A DNA stretch of 64,000 bases from Ruditapes philippinarum (GCF_026571515.1 NW_026866095.1:1-64000); one strand, 5' to 3'. Shown: positions 32,601-45,980, numbered from the stretch's first letter. Program-made: numbers and translations. The notes: generated by a model from the letters alone, not told the origin.

Positions 32601-35600
32601 TCTTTTTTTGAAACTTAACCTATAGTAATCTAGAATATATAAATAACACACAATAAAAATTAGCCGTTTCAAAGCGTATTTATATTAAATCTACTCTCAA
32701 AATTAAATCGTTCAACTCGGTACACAGTTGTAGTGCTGTTAGGCGTCCAATGGCATCTGTAGATCTGGCTTCAGAAGGGGTGCTAATTCTACGAATTCCT
32801 CACATTGTCTTTTTGGGCGTGAATACATGTTCTTTGCAAATATATACGTCTCTCAAGTTAACTGCATTGCCGAAGTCGTGAGTTTCATACAGACCTGGTA
32901 CAAAAAACAGTGTATCAGGTTTACCATAAATAACAGAAGGTTTGTTGCCTTATTTCATGTGCAATCCGGTCTAACTCGGTTTGTATGAGGTCCATAAAGC
33001 AAAATTTTAAGTTCTCACATTGTATCGGGTCTAGATCATTAAATGCACATGTATCGCGTAAGTCTTTGAAAAAAATTAATCCACCAATGGATTTCATTTT
33101 GTCGTAATGTACACCACCACTTCTCAATGCGTTGGTTAGATGTGCTTTTTCCAACTACAACGCTTTGAGTACCAGCAATCGGATCTGTAGAATCGTGTCT
33201 GAAGTATTCCTGCAATAGTAAAGCAATGCAGTTTTCCCTACCAACATCACAACGTAGTATTGGGTGGGGGGACTTGGTATTGTTCATTAAAGGTGTCGAA
33301 AAGTATCTTGAAATAAGGCGTGGGTCGTTATTTGAATCCGAAACCTCTAACCATATTATTTTTTCTACTATACCTATTCACAGCAATATTATGGCTGTCC
33401 ATATGTCATATAAAACTGGTCCTTTGGCGTAGTATACGCGTCGGCATAAGCGATAAGCTTTCCGCACCTCAATATCAACTGGATCAAGCGCTCTCATTAT
33501 TTCCATGACGCCGTCCCCCTTGAGGTACATGTGGTAATCCAGCATTAACCTACGCCACATTGTGCGGTATCCTATGCATTGTCCACTTGTTTGTATTTCT
33601 CTGTTTATAACATCAGACACAGTCTCAAATGGAGTATATATTCCATTACGCCGTTTTAAATTTAAGCGTTTAAAAATTCTATTCACTGTACTTAATGACG
33701 TCGTAATGCCATGCCGTACCAGAAAGTACTCTATTATCAGCAGAGTTTTGTTTCTTATAAATGTTGAGGGTAGGTATCTTGGCACGGTAGCTTTGGTAAT
33801 GCCGAACAGTATAATGATGAAGACACAGATCAACATCAAGGTTTTCATCCTCGTTACCTTTTGTCTAGTAGTTGTGTCTGAAATAAGAGTATATCTTTTA
33901 TTTAAATCTTTATACATTCATAGTATATAAAATGGGTAAATCTTCTAGCTCCGTCTTTTAAAGATTGAAAGGTACGAAAAAATATAACATTTAAAATGCT
34001 AGTAGGATATTTTGTTCTAACTTGTCCTGTATCTATGTTTGTTCTTATAGACAGGAGTGATTTTAAGAAAATATTAATGCTAGATGCATTTTTAGTACAA
34101 GTAATATATTGAGTGTTTTAACCTAATATGGGTATGCTGAAGACGATGAGGGTGGATACCAAGAAAATAAAATTGACCTTGACCTTCTTAAGGGCAATTC
34201 AAAATGGCCGCTTAAAAATACTAAAATAGGTCATTAAAACTATGATACAATATGATGCAATTAATTATTCTTGTCAAAATCAAATGGTTATTCAATATGA
34301 TCAGATTTTAATGAGATTGGCAACCATATATAGCGATTATAAGCCTAATGGCTCAATTAACAGTATATACAGTACTGTTTTACTAGCACGTTAAGGTATA
34401 AGACTAAGATTGAAAAAAATCACTTTAAATTTTTTGTTAACTTGACATGTTTATCGAACAATAAACTTAGTTTATAAATATTACCAAAGAATAAATATCT
34501 CGTAATAACAAATTAATATTTCGTAATAACAAATTAATATTTCGTAATAACGAATCAATTCCGGGAGAAAGTGTGGAAAATGTCACTTCATGTGTTCCGT
34601 AATTTTCAACATTATTTGTAGCTATGATTTTTTTAAGTTGTTTATTTTGTTTTCATATATTTTGCACTAATTATGGTATTTATGGTTTAAAATGAGTATT
34701 TAAAATTATTTTGAAATGTTAAAAAGTGTCATTTCAATGCCATAAACACAACACAAACCGAGACAAAAAGTGTTTTAAAAATATACTGCGCCCCCACAAA
34801 AAACAAAACAAAACAAAAAACAACAGGTCTTAAAAAATGGCAACAGTAGGAATCGAACCATAGACCTCTCACACATCAGTCAATCACTTAACTGGCTGTG
34901 CTACTGCGGAAGTTACGATGACGTTTACAATTTTAACAGGTATGACTTTTACTAACATTAGTTTCATAGTTTTTTTTATTTTATGCTTTTCAGTGGATTA
35001 CTGATTTATTCGTGAAAATTATATTTGATAATTTCACAGTGAAAATTATCAAAATATAATTTCACACTTTTCAATGACGAAACTACTTTCTTAAGATTTT
35101 CCCCATGTGGTACCTCAATTTTATTTTTGCTGACAATTCTGACAATGTCAGGCTGTTTCGAGAGAAGCAAAGCTGAAATTGATAAATAACTTAAATGCCA
35201 AAAGTAATAAAAAGAAGAAAACTTACTTCTATTCATCTAAATTACCAATCACCATAAATATCGTCTCTTAATTTTTTTTGTTTCATTTTTACAATCTGAA
35301 AAATACATTCCTTCCACATGCAGAACTGCTCTTGATGACATTTGGGCATATTTAAGTTTACCATCTTGTTTAAAAATAAGTGACTATTTAAAGTTAGAGT
35401 AAAAAACAACAACAACAATAACAACACCATATTTTAATGGAGTCATAAAATGTCTGAAAGTGGGAGATTGCTACGTGTACTTGGTATACCATAGCAGCTC
35501 TCGAAAATTTTGGAATTCAGTCACGGTTTTGAAAAAATTCTACAAGAAGATTATCTCATCATTTGATATACATTAGCATTCCGAGTACCCTCCAATAAAT

Positions 35601-38600
35601 CCAGGATTTCTTAAAGTAACAGCATAGTTATCTATAAAATATTATTTGTTATAAATCGAGTAATATTTTCTTTGACCATATAATAGTCACGTGGGTTGGC
35701 TACATAGTAGAGGTGTTAAAATATAATTGAAATACACCCTTTGTTAGCCATTGAAATAGTATTTTATGTATAAAGGATTTTCAAAAATGGTTATTATTCA
35801 GAGCGGGCGCTATGGTGCAGTGGTAACACTGTCTGCCTACAAATCAAGGGGTCGTGAGTTCGATCCCCCGCTACTCCACTGAACGAATAAATGACTGCAA
35901 GACTGACAAAACCAGAACATAGAAACAGAATGACGGCAACGATAGAAAAAAGAGAAGACCTTAACGGAACAGGAAACAAGTACCGAAAATACAAGACCGA
36001 AGACGACGACCGATAACAGAAGGAAGAACAGAGACAAGGACCGCTAACAGAAGAAGAGAGACAGAGACCAATAACAGAAGAACTGACAACAAGCGAACAG
36101 AGACGAGGATTGATAACAGAAGAACAGAGACAGGGACCGATAACAGAAGAACTGACAACAAGCGAACAGAGACGAGGACTGATGACAGAAGAGCAGGGAC
36201 AGGGATCGATAACAGAGACGGAAACCGATTACAAAACAGGACAGGGAGTGATAACACAGACGAGGATTGATAACAAATCAATACAGACGAGAACTGAGAA
36301 CTGAGACTTATGAAGAACGAAGATCACGACCAATAACAGAAGAACTGACAACAGGAGAACTGCGAAGAGGACCGATAACAGAAGAACGAAGACGACGACC
36401 GATAACAGAAGAACTGACAACAAGAGAACTGCGTAGACGACCGATAACAGAAGAACTGCGACGAGGACTAATAACAGAAAAACGAAAGTCACGACCAATA
36501 ACAGAAGAACTGACAGCAGAGAAATGCGACACAAGAATAAAAGTCACGACCAATAACAGAAGATCTGACAGCAGAGAAATGCGACGAGGACTAATAACAG
36601 AAAAACGAAAGTCACGACCAATAACAGAAGATCTGACAATAAGAGAACTGCGACGAGAACCGATAACAGAAGAACGAAGACGACGACCGATCAGAAAAAC
36701 GAACACCAAAACCCAAGAGTGGGTTTATAATGTATATTTTGCATGCACACGTTTTAACCTCCTCATACATAATTACGCTGTGCAAAATAAGTAGGCATCT
36801 GAGTAGCCACTCTAATGCTTGCATAGAGTGTCAGATAAAATCTAGCAGATAGGACAGGAAAGAGTGTAGTGTTCGCTGCGTAAATATGTTTAAATTAAAT
36901 TTTCAGTACTATCTTTAATATTACTTCTATATTACTATTATATTAGCCTATAGAAAAATGTCTGCCATCTTGGATTTTTCGCCCATATTGGATTTTTTTT
37001 TAAATTATGTTTTGGTGTCTAATTTGTTTTTACCTAAACATACTTTGTGACAAATTTCAGACTTTTCCTTTCCTTAAAAATTTATTTGAAAAATTATCCA
37101 TTTATGATAAAGAAATTTGGCGGCCATTTTAGTGGTCATTTTAAATGGACATTTCAATGGTCAAGATCAAGTTTTTCAATTAGGTATCCAACTTTATCGG
37201 ATTAAGCATACCTTAAATAGGTCAAATACATCAAGATACCGCTTGTACTACAAAATGCCTCTAGCATCTTATAGAGAGCCAAATTTTCAAAATCAGTCCT
37301 GTCTATTAAGTGTTTTTTTCTCAATTGTTAAAATATACAACAAAATTAGTCATTGATGCTAAATGCAAATGTGCCTCGATCACAATTATAACTTTGTACT
37401 TGTGTGTATGAACATAGCACTTGCTGTTCATTATGAAATTGGTTAGCACTATCTTAGTACTTCAAAGAAATACTGATTCTGTGTTAGCTAAATAAAATTC
37501 TGAATTGCGATACATGTTTAATACTGTGAACCATGCCATTTTAAGACGTAAAACTTGTATTCCCTATCTACTTGTAAAACAGTTATTTGTTTGTTACTCA
37601 TGGACAGATTTTGTGATGAGGACAAAAATGTGTAAGCACTAATATAATGAACATATTTAGAACATAGAAGCTTGTACAAAACACACAGTCACACTTGTAG
37701 AATTAAAGTCTGATATATTACCACTATGGTATTATATCAAATAACATTAATTCCCTCCTTAACACATCATCTCCTCCATGACAACTCTCAATGAAATTAT
37801 TTAAAACGTTTAAAAAACATACCTGAAACCAAAGTTGCTGCTTTCATCTTCTAAAAAACGTGTAAAATGGGTTAGCCAAAAGTCATAAGACGTAAGTCAC
37901 AAATCAAGAGTCAAAAGTCGAAAGTCAAAAGTAAAATATCCGTAAGTCGAAACTCAAAAGTGACCCTCCAAGGCTTCCATACAAATGATCATGTACAAAT
38001 ATGTACAAAAAAACTAAAATAAATATGCATGCAAAACTAAAAAAATATGTATGCAAAACTAAAAAAATAAGTATGTATTCAAAAATATGTACGACAAACA
38101 AAAAACAAAACAAAAATATGTACGAAAAAAAAAGTATCAAAAAAATTGATTGCAAATGTCACTTTTATGCCATCGTTCGAAATACTCTAGTACAGAAATT
38201 GTGTATTCCTAAAATTAAAAGATGCTGCGAAAAATATCCCGTACTGTTAGTCATTTACTTGATAACTTTTGGTGCCATATTGAGCCCCATTTTAAATATG
38301 TTGGGAATGAAATAAAATGCAGTTAATATTTTTTCCCGAAGAACTATAAATATACTCTATTTCAATGTTCTGGTGAAACATCAAGTTTTTCGATCGGACT
38401 TTAAATAGTGATTTTTACAAATACATTATTAAGCTTATCAACACAAGCTTAAGGTTTTTGTAAGCTCCGTAACAACCGTTCGCTAGAGGCTTTTAATGGG
38501 AAATCTTACATACTCCTTTAGACTGAGCAAACATGAATTTTAAAATGTTAAAATAATGGTATCAGAGAAATGTAAGATGCTTGTTACCTGAATAAAATAG

Positions 38601-41600
38601 CGTTAAATGTGAAATTATTTGTCAAAAAAGTAGTCAAAACAATGTAGTATTTGATTTCCATATAAAATACTAATTCACTATAACTGTACTCAGCATTGCC
38701 AAAAAGCAACAGATGAAAAAGATGGTTCAGGTAATTGGCCAATGTGTATTTTTTGGATAATATAGAAGAACACTAAAATAAAAAAAGCTTTTAAGAAAAA
38801 CAAATAAAAGCATAATAGGCCTTTAAAACGTTATTTTTAACCCTTGGGGATCGATACCCACAATCTCCTCTATACCCCAGTGAGAATTTTACATTATTCT
38901 GAAGCTCCGCTCTAAATGTGCGACTACTTCATTAGTTGATATTTTAAGTACTGCCTGTACGGACTAACTACTTAAAGCCGCATCTACACCTAGTCAAGTT
39001 TCTTATGTATTTAGCTAAATAAATGGCTATTTCAAACATATTATCGGGCACATTTTTACTGAAATGTCTTACTAAGATTACCCAGAATTTATACCCTTGT
39101 ATATGCTAAGACTTTCATATTTCTATAAAATGTGTAAATAAAAAAGGGAAATGATGCATTTAACTAAAAAACAATGGAGTTAATGAAAGGTGTACATTCT
39201 TTTAAAATAAAAGGAAAATTTGAGAAAAAAATATTTAAAGTCTGAATAATTGATACAAAATCTTTATTTGGTGATTTATTTGGTGAAAGTTCTTCACTTA
39301 CTAAACATGACCATTTTAAATCCTACTGATTCTACTATAATTCGGGGCACATGTTTTGCGTCTATTTAATACCTTGAATTTTGTTTACCATTGGCGTTGA
39401 CTACAATATATTATTTAAAACATAATGAACATTAATTTTCTCTGACCCCAAAGTGCGGTCGTTTGCCTGATGTTAAAAAATGCATATGTACCTGTTTAAC
39501 GCACTTTGGGGTCGAAATTGGACCCCACATTGCGTAACGCACTCTGGGGTCGGACCCCAAAGTGCGTTTGACCCCAAAGTGCGGTGTTACAATGCTCTTT
39601 TTCCATACTTTATATATCCTGTCATTATATACTTTTATGCTCTCATGACATACTATGTATATGCTCTCATTACATACTTTTTACATGATGCTTTCATCAC
39701 ATACTTTGTATGCATGCAAATGTAAACTATTATTGTTTAATCAATATGCGACTTTGAACCGCTTCTCCTCACTCCAACCAGGGACTTTGTTCCTTTTCTT
39801 GTGAGGAAGCTATCCAGCCAGCTTACAGAACATCAGTGGTTTTACACAAGTGCCCGCGCGTGCCTGATACATTGCACGGAGGTGCACTTGCCAATAAAAC
39901 TATGTTATGCTATGATTAACAAAAAACTGTTGAAATATTTGCTACAAAGATGAGATAAATCGTCTAATATAAACACCTAGCTAATGAGCTTGTGACGTTA
40001 AAAGGTGCAAAACATCTAACGATCGATTGATTACTGACTTCAAAAAGCATTACAGATGGAAGATACAGCGCCTAGTCATTGTCATAATGAGTGCGTTCAT
40101 AGTAAATCCATTGGCTACCATTGGTAGGTTTATTTACCATTAGCACATCAATGGTACAAATGTTTACGGACAAAATTTGCCTTTTGTAGATTGATTTGCA
40201 GACGGACTAATTCTGCAAGTCTTACTTATGACGTCATTCATGTATGAAAATTAATTGATCATATAAGGCTGAAATAATATTACACATTTACAAAATGTAA
40301 AAAAGTGCAGATTTGCAAATTAACAAGTTATTTATCTTTTTTTTTGGATAAAATTCATTTATAACAATTCAGATTACAATAAAAACTGGACCGTACTTAA
40401 ATAGGACCAAATTATTATCAAGGTCAGGTGTCATTGTTGCAATAGGTTCACCTTTGGCAGCAATGTTTATTATATTGTCAATTACAATTAAAAATCCGTC
40501 CGGAGTAAATTTTCAACCAGTGGTACCAATATATGAGCCGCGTCACGACAAAACCAACATAGTGCGTTTGCGACCAGCATGGATTCAGATCAGCCTGCGC
40601 CTGCTACTTGGATTTTTTTTTTTAAATTATGTTTTGGTGTCTAATTTGTTTTTACCTAAACATACTTTGTGACAAATTTCAGATTTTTCCTTTCCTTAAA
40701 AATTTATTTGATATATCATCCATTTATGATAAAGAAATTTGGCGGCCATTTTAGTGGTCATTTTAAATGGACATTTCAATGGTCAAGATCAAGTTTTTCA
40801 ATTAGGTATCCAACTTTATCGGATTAAGCATACCTTAAATAGGTCAAATACATCAAGATACCGCTTGTACTACAAAATGCCTCTAGCATCTTATAGAGAG
40901 CCAAATTTTCAAAATCAGTCCTGTCTATTAAGTGTTTTTTTCTCAATTGTTAAAATATACAACAAAATTAGACATTGATGCTAAATGCAAATGTGCCTCG
41001 ATCACAATTATAACTTTGTACTTGTGTGTATGAACATAGCACTTGCTGTTCATTATGAAATTGGTTAACACTATCTAAGTACTTCAAAGAAATACTGATT
41101 CTGTGTTAGCTAAATAAAATGTTGAATTGCGATACTGTGCACCATGCCATTTTAAGACGTAAAACTTGTATTCCCTGTCTACTTGTAAAACAGTTCTTTG
41201 TTTGTTACTCATGGACAGATTTTGTGATGAGGACAAAAAATGTGTAAGCACTAATATAATGAACATATTTAGAACAAATCAGATTGTACAAAACACACAG
41301 TCACACTTGTAGAATTAAAGTCTGATATATAACCACTATGGGATTATATCAAATAACATTAATTCACTCCTTAACACATCATCTCCTCCATGACAAATCT
41401 CAATGAAATTATTTAAAACGTTTAAAAAACATACCTGAAACCAAAGTTGCTGCTTTCAGCTTCTAAAAAACGTGTAAAATGGGTTAGCCAAAAGTCATAA
41501 GACGTAAGTCACAAATCAAAAGTCAAAAGTCGAAAGTCAAAAGTAAAATATCCGTAAGTCGAAACTCAAAAGTGACCCTCCAAGGCTTCCATACAAATGA

Positions 41601-44600
41601 TCATGTACAAATATGTACAAAAAAAAACTAAAATAAATATGCATGCAAAACTAAAAAAATATGTATGCAAAACTAAAAAAATAAGTATGTATTCAAAAAT
41701 ATGTACGACAAACAAAAAACAAAACAAAAAATATGTACGAAAAAAAAAGTATCAAAAAAATTGATTGCAAATGTCACTTTTATGCCATCGTTCGAAATAC
41801 TCTAGTACAGAAATTGTGTATTCCTAAAATTAAAAGATGCTGCGAAAAATATCCCGTACTGTTAGTCATTTACTTGATAACTTTTGGTGCCATATTGAGC
41901 CCCATTTTAAATGTGTTGGGAATGAAATAAAATGCAGTTAATATTTTTTCCCGAAGAACTATAAATATACTCTATTTCAATGTTCTGGTGAAACATCAAG
42001 TTTTTCGATCGGACTATAAATAGTGATTTTTACAAATACATTATTAAGCTTATCAACACAAGCTTAAGGTTTTTGTAAGCTCCGTAACAACCGTTCGCTA
42101 GAGGCTTTTTAATGGGAAATCTTACATACTCCTTTAGACTGAGCAAACATGAATTTTAAAATGTTAAAATAATGGTATCAGAGAAATGTAAGATGCTTGT
42201 TACCTGAATAAAATAGCGTTAAATGTGAAATTATTTGTCAAAAAAGTAGTCAAAACAATGTAGTATTTGATTTCCATATAAAATACTAATTCACTATAAC
42301 TGTACTCAGCATTGCCAAAAAGCAACAGATGAAAAAGATGGTTCAGGTAATTGGCCAATGTGTATTTTTTGGATAATATAGAAGAACACTAAAATAAAAA
42401 AAGCTTTTAAGAAAAACAAATAAAAGCATAATAGGCCTTTAAAACGTTATTTTTAACCCTTGGGGATCGATACCCCACAATCTCCTCTATACCCCCAGTG
42501 AGAATTTTACATTATTCTGAAGCTCCGCTCTAAATGTGCGACTACTTCATTAGTTGATATTTTAAGTACTGCCTGTACGGACTACTACTTAAAGCCGCAT
42601 CTACACCTTGTCAAGTTTCTTATGTATTTAGCTAAATAAATGGCTATTTCAACATATTATCGGGCACATTTTTACTGAAATGTCTTACTAAGATTACCCA
42701 GAATTTATACCCTTGTCTATGCCAAGACTTTCATATTTCTATAAAATGTGTAAATAAAAAAAGGGAAAATGATGCATTTAGCTAAAAACAATGGAGTTAA
42801 TGAAAGGTGTACATTCTTTTAAAATAAAAGGAAAATTTGAGAAAAAAATATTTAAAGCTGAATAATTGATACAAAATCTTTATTTGGTGATTTATTTGGT
42901 GAAAGTTCTTCACTTACTAATCATGACCATTTAAATCCCTACTGATTCTACTATAATTCGGGGCACATGTTTTGCGTCTATTTAATACCTTGAATTTTGT
43001 TTACCATTGGCGTTGACTACAATATATTATTTAAAACATATTGAACATTAATTTTCTCTGACCCCAAAGTGCGGTCGTTTGCCTGATGTTAAAAAATGCA
43101 TATGTACCTGTTTAACGCACTTTGGGGTCGAAATTGGACCCCACATTGCGTAACGCACTCTGGGGTCGGACCCCAAAGTGCGTTTGACCCCAAAGTGCGG
43201 TGTTACAATGCTCTTTTTCCATACTTTGTATATCCTGTCATTATATACTTTTATGCTCTCATGACATACTATGTGTATGCTCTCATTACATACTTTTTAC
43301 ATGATGCTTTCATCACATACTTTGTATGCATGCAAATGTAAACTATTATTGTTTAATCAATATGCGACTTCGAACCGCTTCTCCTCACCTCAACCAGGGA
43401 CTTTGTTCCTTTTCTTGTAAGGAAGCTATCCAGCCAGCTTACAGAACATCAGTGGTTTTACACAGGTGCCCGCGCGTGCCTGATACATTGCACGGAGGTG
43501 CACTTGCCAATAAAACTATGTTATGCTATGATTAACAAAAAAACTGTTGAAATATTTGCTACAAAGATGAGATAAATTGTCTAATATAAACACCTAGCTA
43601 ATGAGCTTGTGACGTTAAAAGGTGCAAAACATCTAACGATCGATTGAATACTGACTTCAAAAAGCATTACAGATGGAAGATACAGCGCCTAGTCATTGTC
43701 ATAATGGGTGCGTTCATAGTAAATCCATTGGCTACCATTGGTAGGTTTATTTACCATAAGCACATCAATGGTACAATTGTTTACGGACAAAATTTGCCTT
43801 TTGTAGATTGATTTGCAGACGGGCTAATTCTGCAAGTCTTACTTATGACGTCATTCATGTATGAAAATTAATTGATCATATAAGGCTGAAATAATATTAC
43901 ACATTTACAGATTACAATAAAAACTGGACCGTACTTAGGACCAAATTATTATCAAGGTCAGGTGGCATTGTTGCAATAGGTTCACCTTTGGCAGCAATGT
44001 TTATTATATTGTCAATTACAATTAAAAATCCGTCCGGAGTAAATTTTCAACCAGTGGTACCAATATATGAGCCGCGTCACGACAAAACCAACATTGTGCG
44101 TTTGCGACCAGCATGGATTCAGATCAGCCTGCGCATCCGCGCAGTCTGATCAGGATCATGCTGTTCGCTTACCAACTCTATTACAAGTAGAGAAACTGAT
44201 AGCGAACAGCATGGATCCTGATCAGACTGCGCCGATGCACAGGCTGGTCTGGATATATGCTGGTCGCAAACACATTACGTTGGTATTTGTCATGACGCGG
44301 CCCATATGATACTTTAAGTTACCAATAGTAATTTAGTACCACTGTGAATACTCTGAACGCTTTCATTACACTTAGAAAACCTTTGTTCATTTAATTATTG
44401 AATATTTAAATAGTAAATTAGTGAGATATAAGAATTGTGAAATTATGAAATAAAATGATATGGCATTGTCAGATATAAATATATATTTAGCTAACCGGGT
44501 ATACATTCCTGATATAACGGCAATCCTACGTCAAGTTTATCACACGACCCATCTGCATACACACGCCATTGTTTATTCTAAAAATTGCAGAAAAATGAAA

Positions 44601-45184
44601 GAATGATTTTAGAGAAAATATACAATCACAAAAGTAATAATAAATAAATTTGTTACAACGCTCACATCTTCTTTTATATATGTAAGACAAGAAATCTATG
44701 TTGTTGGATACCATTGCACTTGTGTTTTGAATAACATATTCTTCATCATTAATACAATGTATAAATTTAATTATTTTAAATCAATCATATCACCAGATGT
44801 AGAAATGATACCACCGTATATAAATAATATAGCATAAAGGGTGTGTACCTGCTAAGTATAGATTCTTATCAATTAAAACATACTCACGTTTATGTAGTCT
44901 AAAATATCAATGGAATCCAGTATAACAGGAATTGGCCACACTGACATAAAGCTCTGAGAATGTTCGTGCACGTACGTCAGCTGATTAACGCCATCAAACG
45001 CTGTTTTAATTGTTCCGTTAGCGTATCCATATCCGTACCCCACGTCACCAGTTCCGATGTCAACAATACCCTGTGACATGAACATAAACGTCTCAAACTG
45101 GTTCGGGAAGCAACATATCGGGTTCGGTTTTACACTAAAGCATGTGATCACTTTTAGACATATCAATATAATGTATATTCTCAT
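23667..45184 (-). CDS. Ependymin-related protein (EPDR family), 254 aa, secreted/lysosomal. Exons 45184-44888, 44577-44496, 25468-25346, 24149-23974, 23753-23667.
   Basis: Signal peptide; CCFPNQF; AFDGVN; LDYINNKQWRV..GSCDK; ECIPGNAT; CTPV; FTTGIKDRSVFTPPSSC. These match ependymin-family motifs. Exon lengths 297+82+123+176+87 = 765 nt give an open frame with phases 0,1,1,0. Confidence 0.88.
24329..25068 (-). mobile_element. Old HINE-like element in EPDR intron 3
   Basis: aactagag start, degenerate tgtgacct(t)tgacctttga repeats, (GACA/GACG) microsatellite and ggggtataaaa end. Same layout as 7815-9191 in reverse. Confidence 0.7.
30623..30675. mobile_element. Palindromic remnant resembling a Crypton-type non-autonomous element
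   Basis: ggaaaattgatatctc-actcgaccttcggtctcgc-gagatatcattttttcc style hairpin; family assignment is from recall only. Confidence 0.4.
31688..31759 (+). pseudogene. tRNA-Asp(GTC)-derived pseudogene or element head
   Basis: gtatagtggaaagtgtccctgccagtcacgcgggagaccgaggttctattcc resembles metazoan tRNA-Asp, but the B-box is mutated and the acceptor stem is broken. Confidence 0.65.
32700..33860 (-). pseudogene. Decayed DDE integrase-core transposase (IS3EU-type)
   Basis: Frameshifted fragments: SGQCIGYRTMWRRL, MRALDP, RRVYYAKGP, FI*HMDSHN (WHxDG, first Asp; TGG>TGA), ILRCDVGREN (second Asp), GKSTSNQRIEKWW (Glu), WINFFKDLRD, LKFCFMDLIQTELD. Confidence 0.85.
35803..35879 (+). other. tRNA-derived Pol III promoter head
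   Basis: A-box tggtgcagtgg and B-box agttcgatccc; no complete cloverleaf. Confidence 0.6.
35900..36710. repeat. Strand-asymmetric modular minisatellite (ccgataacagaagaac + variable modules)
   Basis: More than 20 copies of (a/g)ataacagaa(g/a)aac. Explains the overlapping ORFs at 35961-36824. Confidence 0.9.
36988..44134. repeat. 3.6-kb tandem segmental duplication (A 36988-40600, B 40608-44134)
   Basis: Near-identical copies differing by scattered SNPs, an 11-bp and an about 80-bp deletion in B. The ORF track shows duplicated ORFs (37117/40739, 39480/43096). Confidence 0.97.
44067..44305. mobile_element. Palindromic MITE family A, full copy (truncated twin at 40533-40600)
   Basis: atgagccgcgtcacgacaaaacc ... 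tttgtcatgacgcggcccat. Confidence 0.9.
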
Positions 45185-45974
45185 TCTTCTACTGGTTCGT
45201 TTTTTTTTTCTTGAAAAAAAACCCCAACGATTTACTGATTGATATTAGATATTTTATACGTAATATAAATAATACTATCGATCTACTTATGACGTTTAAT
45301 GCGTGTCATACTTTATTATAAGGGGTGAATGATACTTTAACCCTATATCCATATTGATAATAATTGATAACAAGTCGGGTCATTTTTTAGGTAATGTGAC
45401 ATATATAACATTCAAGGTTCATACATATCTGAAAAAATGTATAAATCGAACGGACAAACGAACGTACGAGCGAACGAAGGATGTAATGAAATAAGGAAGA
45501 AATAACCAAAGGAAGAAAGGAACGAACGAAGGAACGAATTGAAATAAATGTATCGAACGATGATAAACAAATCTGAAATAGGTACATGTCTTTCGGCAGA
45601 TATTTGAAAACAAAACACTAAGAAAATTACATTATACGTATATCTATCATATACATTGAGTGGAAGTTTGAAACACCATCCCAAGTATTAATTAATTTAA
45701 AACATTAGACAATACTATGCAAGTGTGGTTTTCAACGTCATATTGGAGTGACGCAATGATCTCTTTCATTTCTCAGTTATAACATCATAACCAGTCTTTA
45801 ATATAAGATCTATCAATAACAATTATAATTCTGTCTATGATTAAACATGTTAATTAGTACAACATTTGATGTGGCATTGAAAATGTTATGAATAATTCAG
45901 AAATCATAAAATCGAAAAGAAACTTAAAATCTTCAACATTGTTTGTGAACAATTCTTACAAATAACACTCGCAG

Positions 45975-45980
45975 TATAAA
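45975..45980 (+). promoter_or_regulatory. Candidate TATA box of the kringle gene
   Basis: TATAAA 31 bp upstream of the ATG at 46006. This would leave a very short 5' UTR, and the background is AT-rich. Confidence 0.25.

Larger units (their letters stand above)
27665..37981. mobile_element. Inner nested element, IS3EU-like, 10.3 kb
   Basis: Perfect 39-bp TIR tatggaagccttggagggtcacttttgagtttcgactta / reverse complement; gacttttga subrepeats; exact TSD CAAATG at 27659-27664 and 37982-37987. Confidence 0.88.
26127..38177. mobile_element. Middle nested element, IS3EU-like non-autonomous
   Basis: TIR tacggtggcataaaagtgacatttgca / tgcaaatgtcacttttatgccatcgtt; mirrored tttgcatacatat subrepeats; flanks CAAAAT and CGAAAT (6-bp TSD with one mismatch). 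Confidence 0.8.
25797..39591. mobile_element. Outer nested TIR element, TGT..ACA ends, 6-bp TSD ATGCTC
   Basis: Perfect 26-bp TIR tgtaacaccgcactttggggtcaaac / gtttgaccccaaagtgcggtgttaca; multiple gcactttggggtc subterminal repeats at both ends; ATGCTC at 25791-25796 and 39592-39597. Confidence 0.85.

Noticed and set aside
35961-36824. Overlapping ORFs (RRRPITEE / LLLSV repeats) as real genes
   Set aside because: They are a by-product of a stop-poor minisatellite open in several frames on both strands.
37117-38315. Duplicated short ORFs as a gene pair
   Set aside because: They lie in transposon subterminal or low-complexity sequence and are repeated only because of the segmental duplication.
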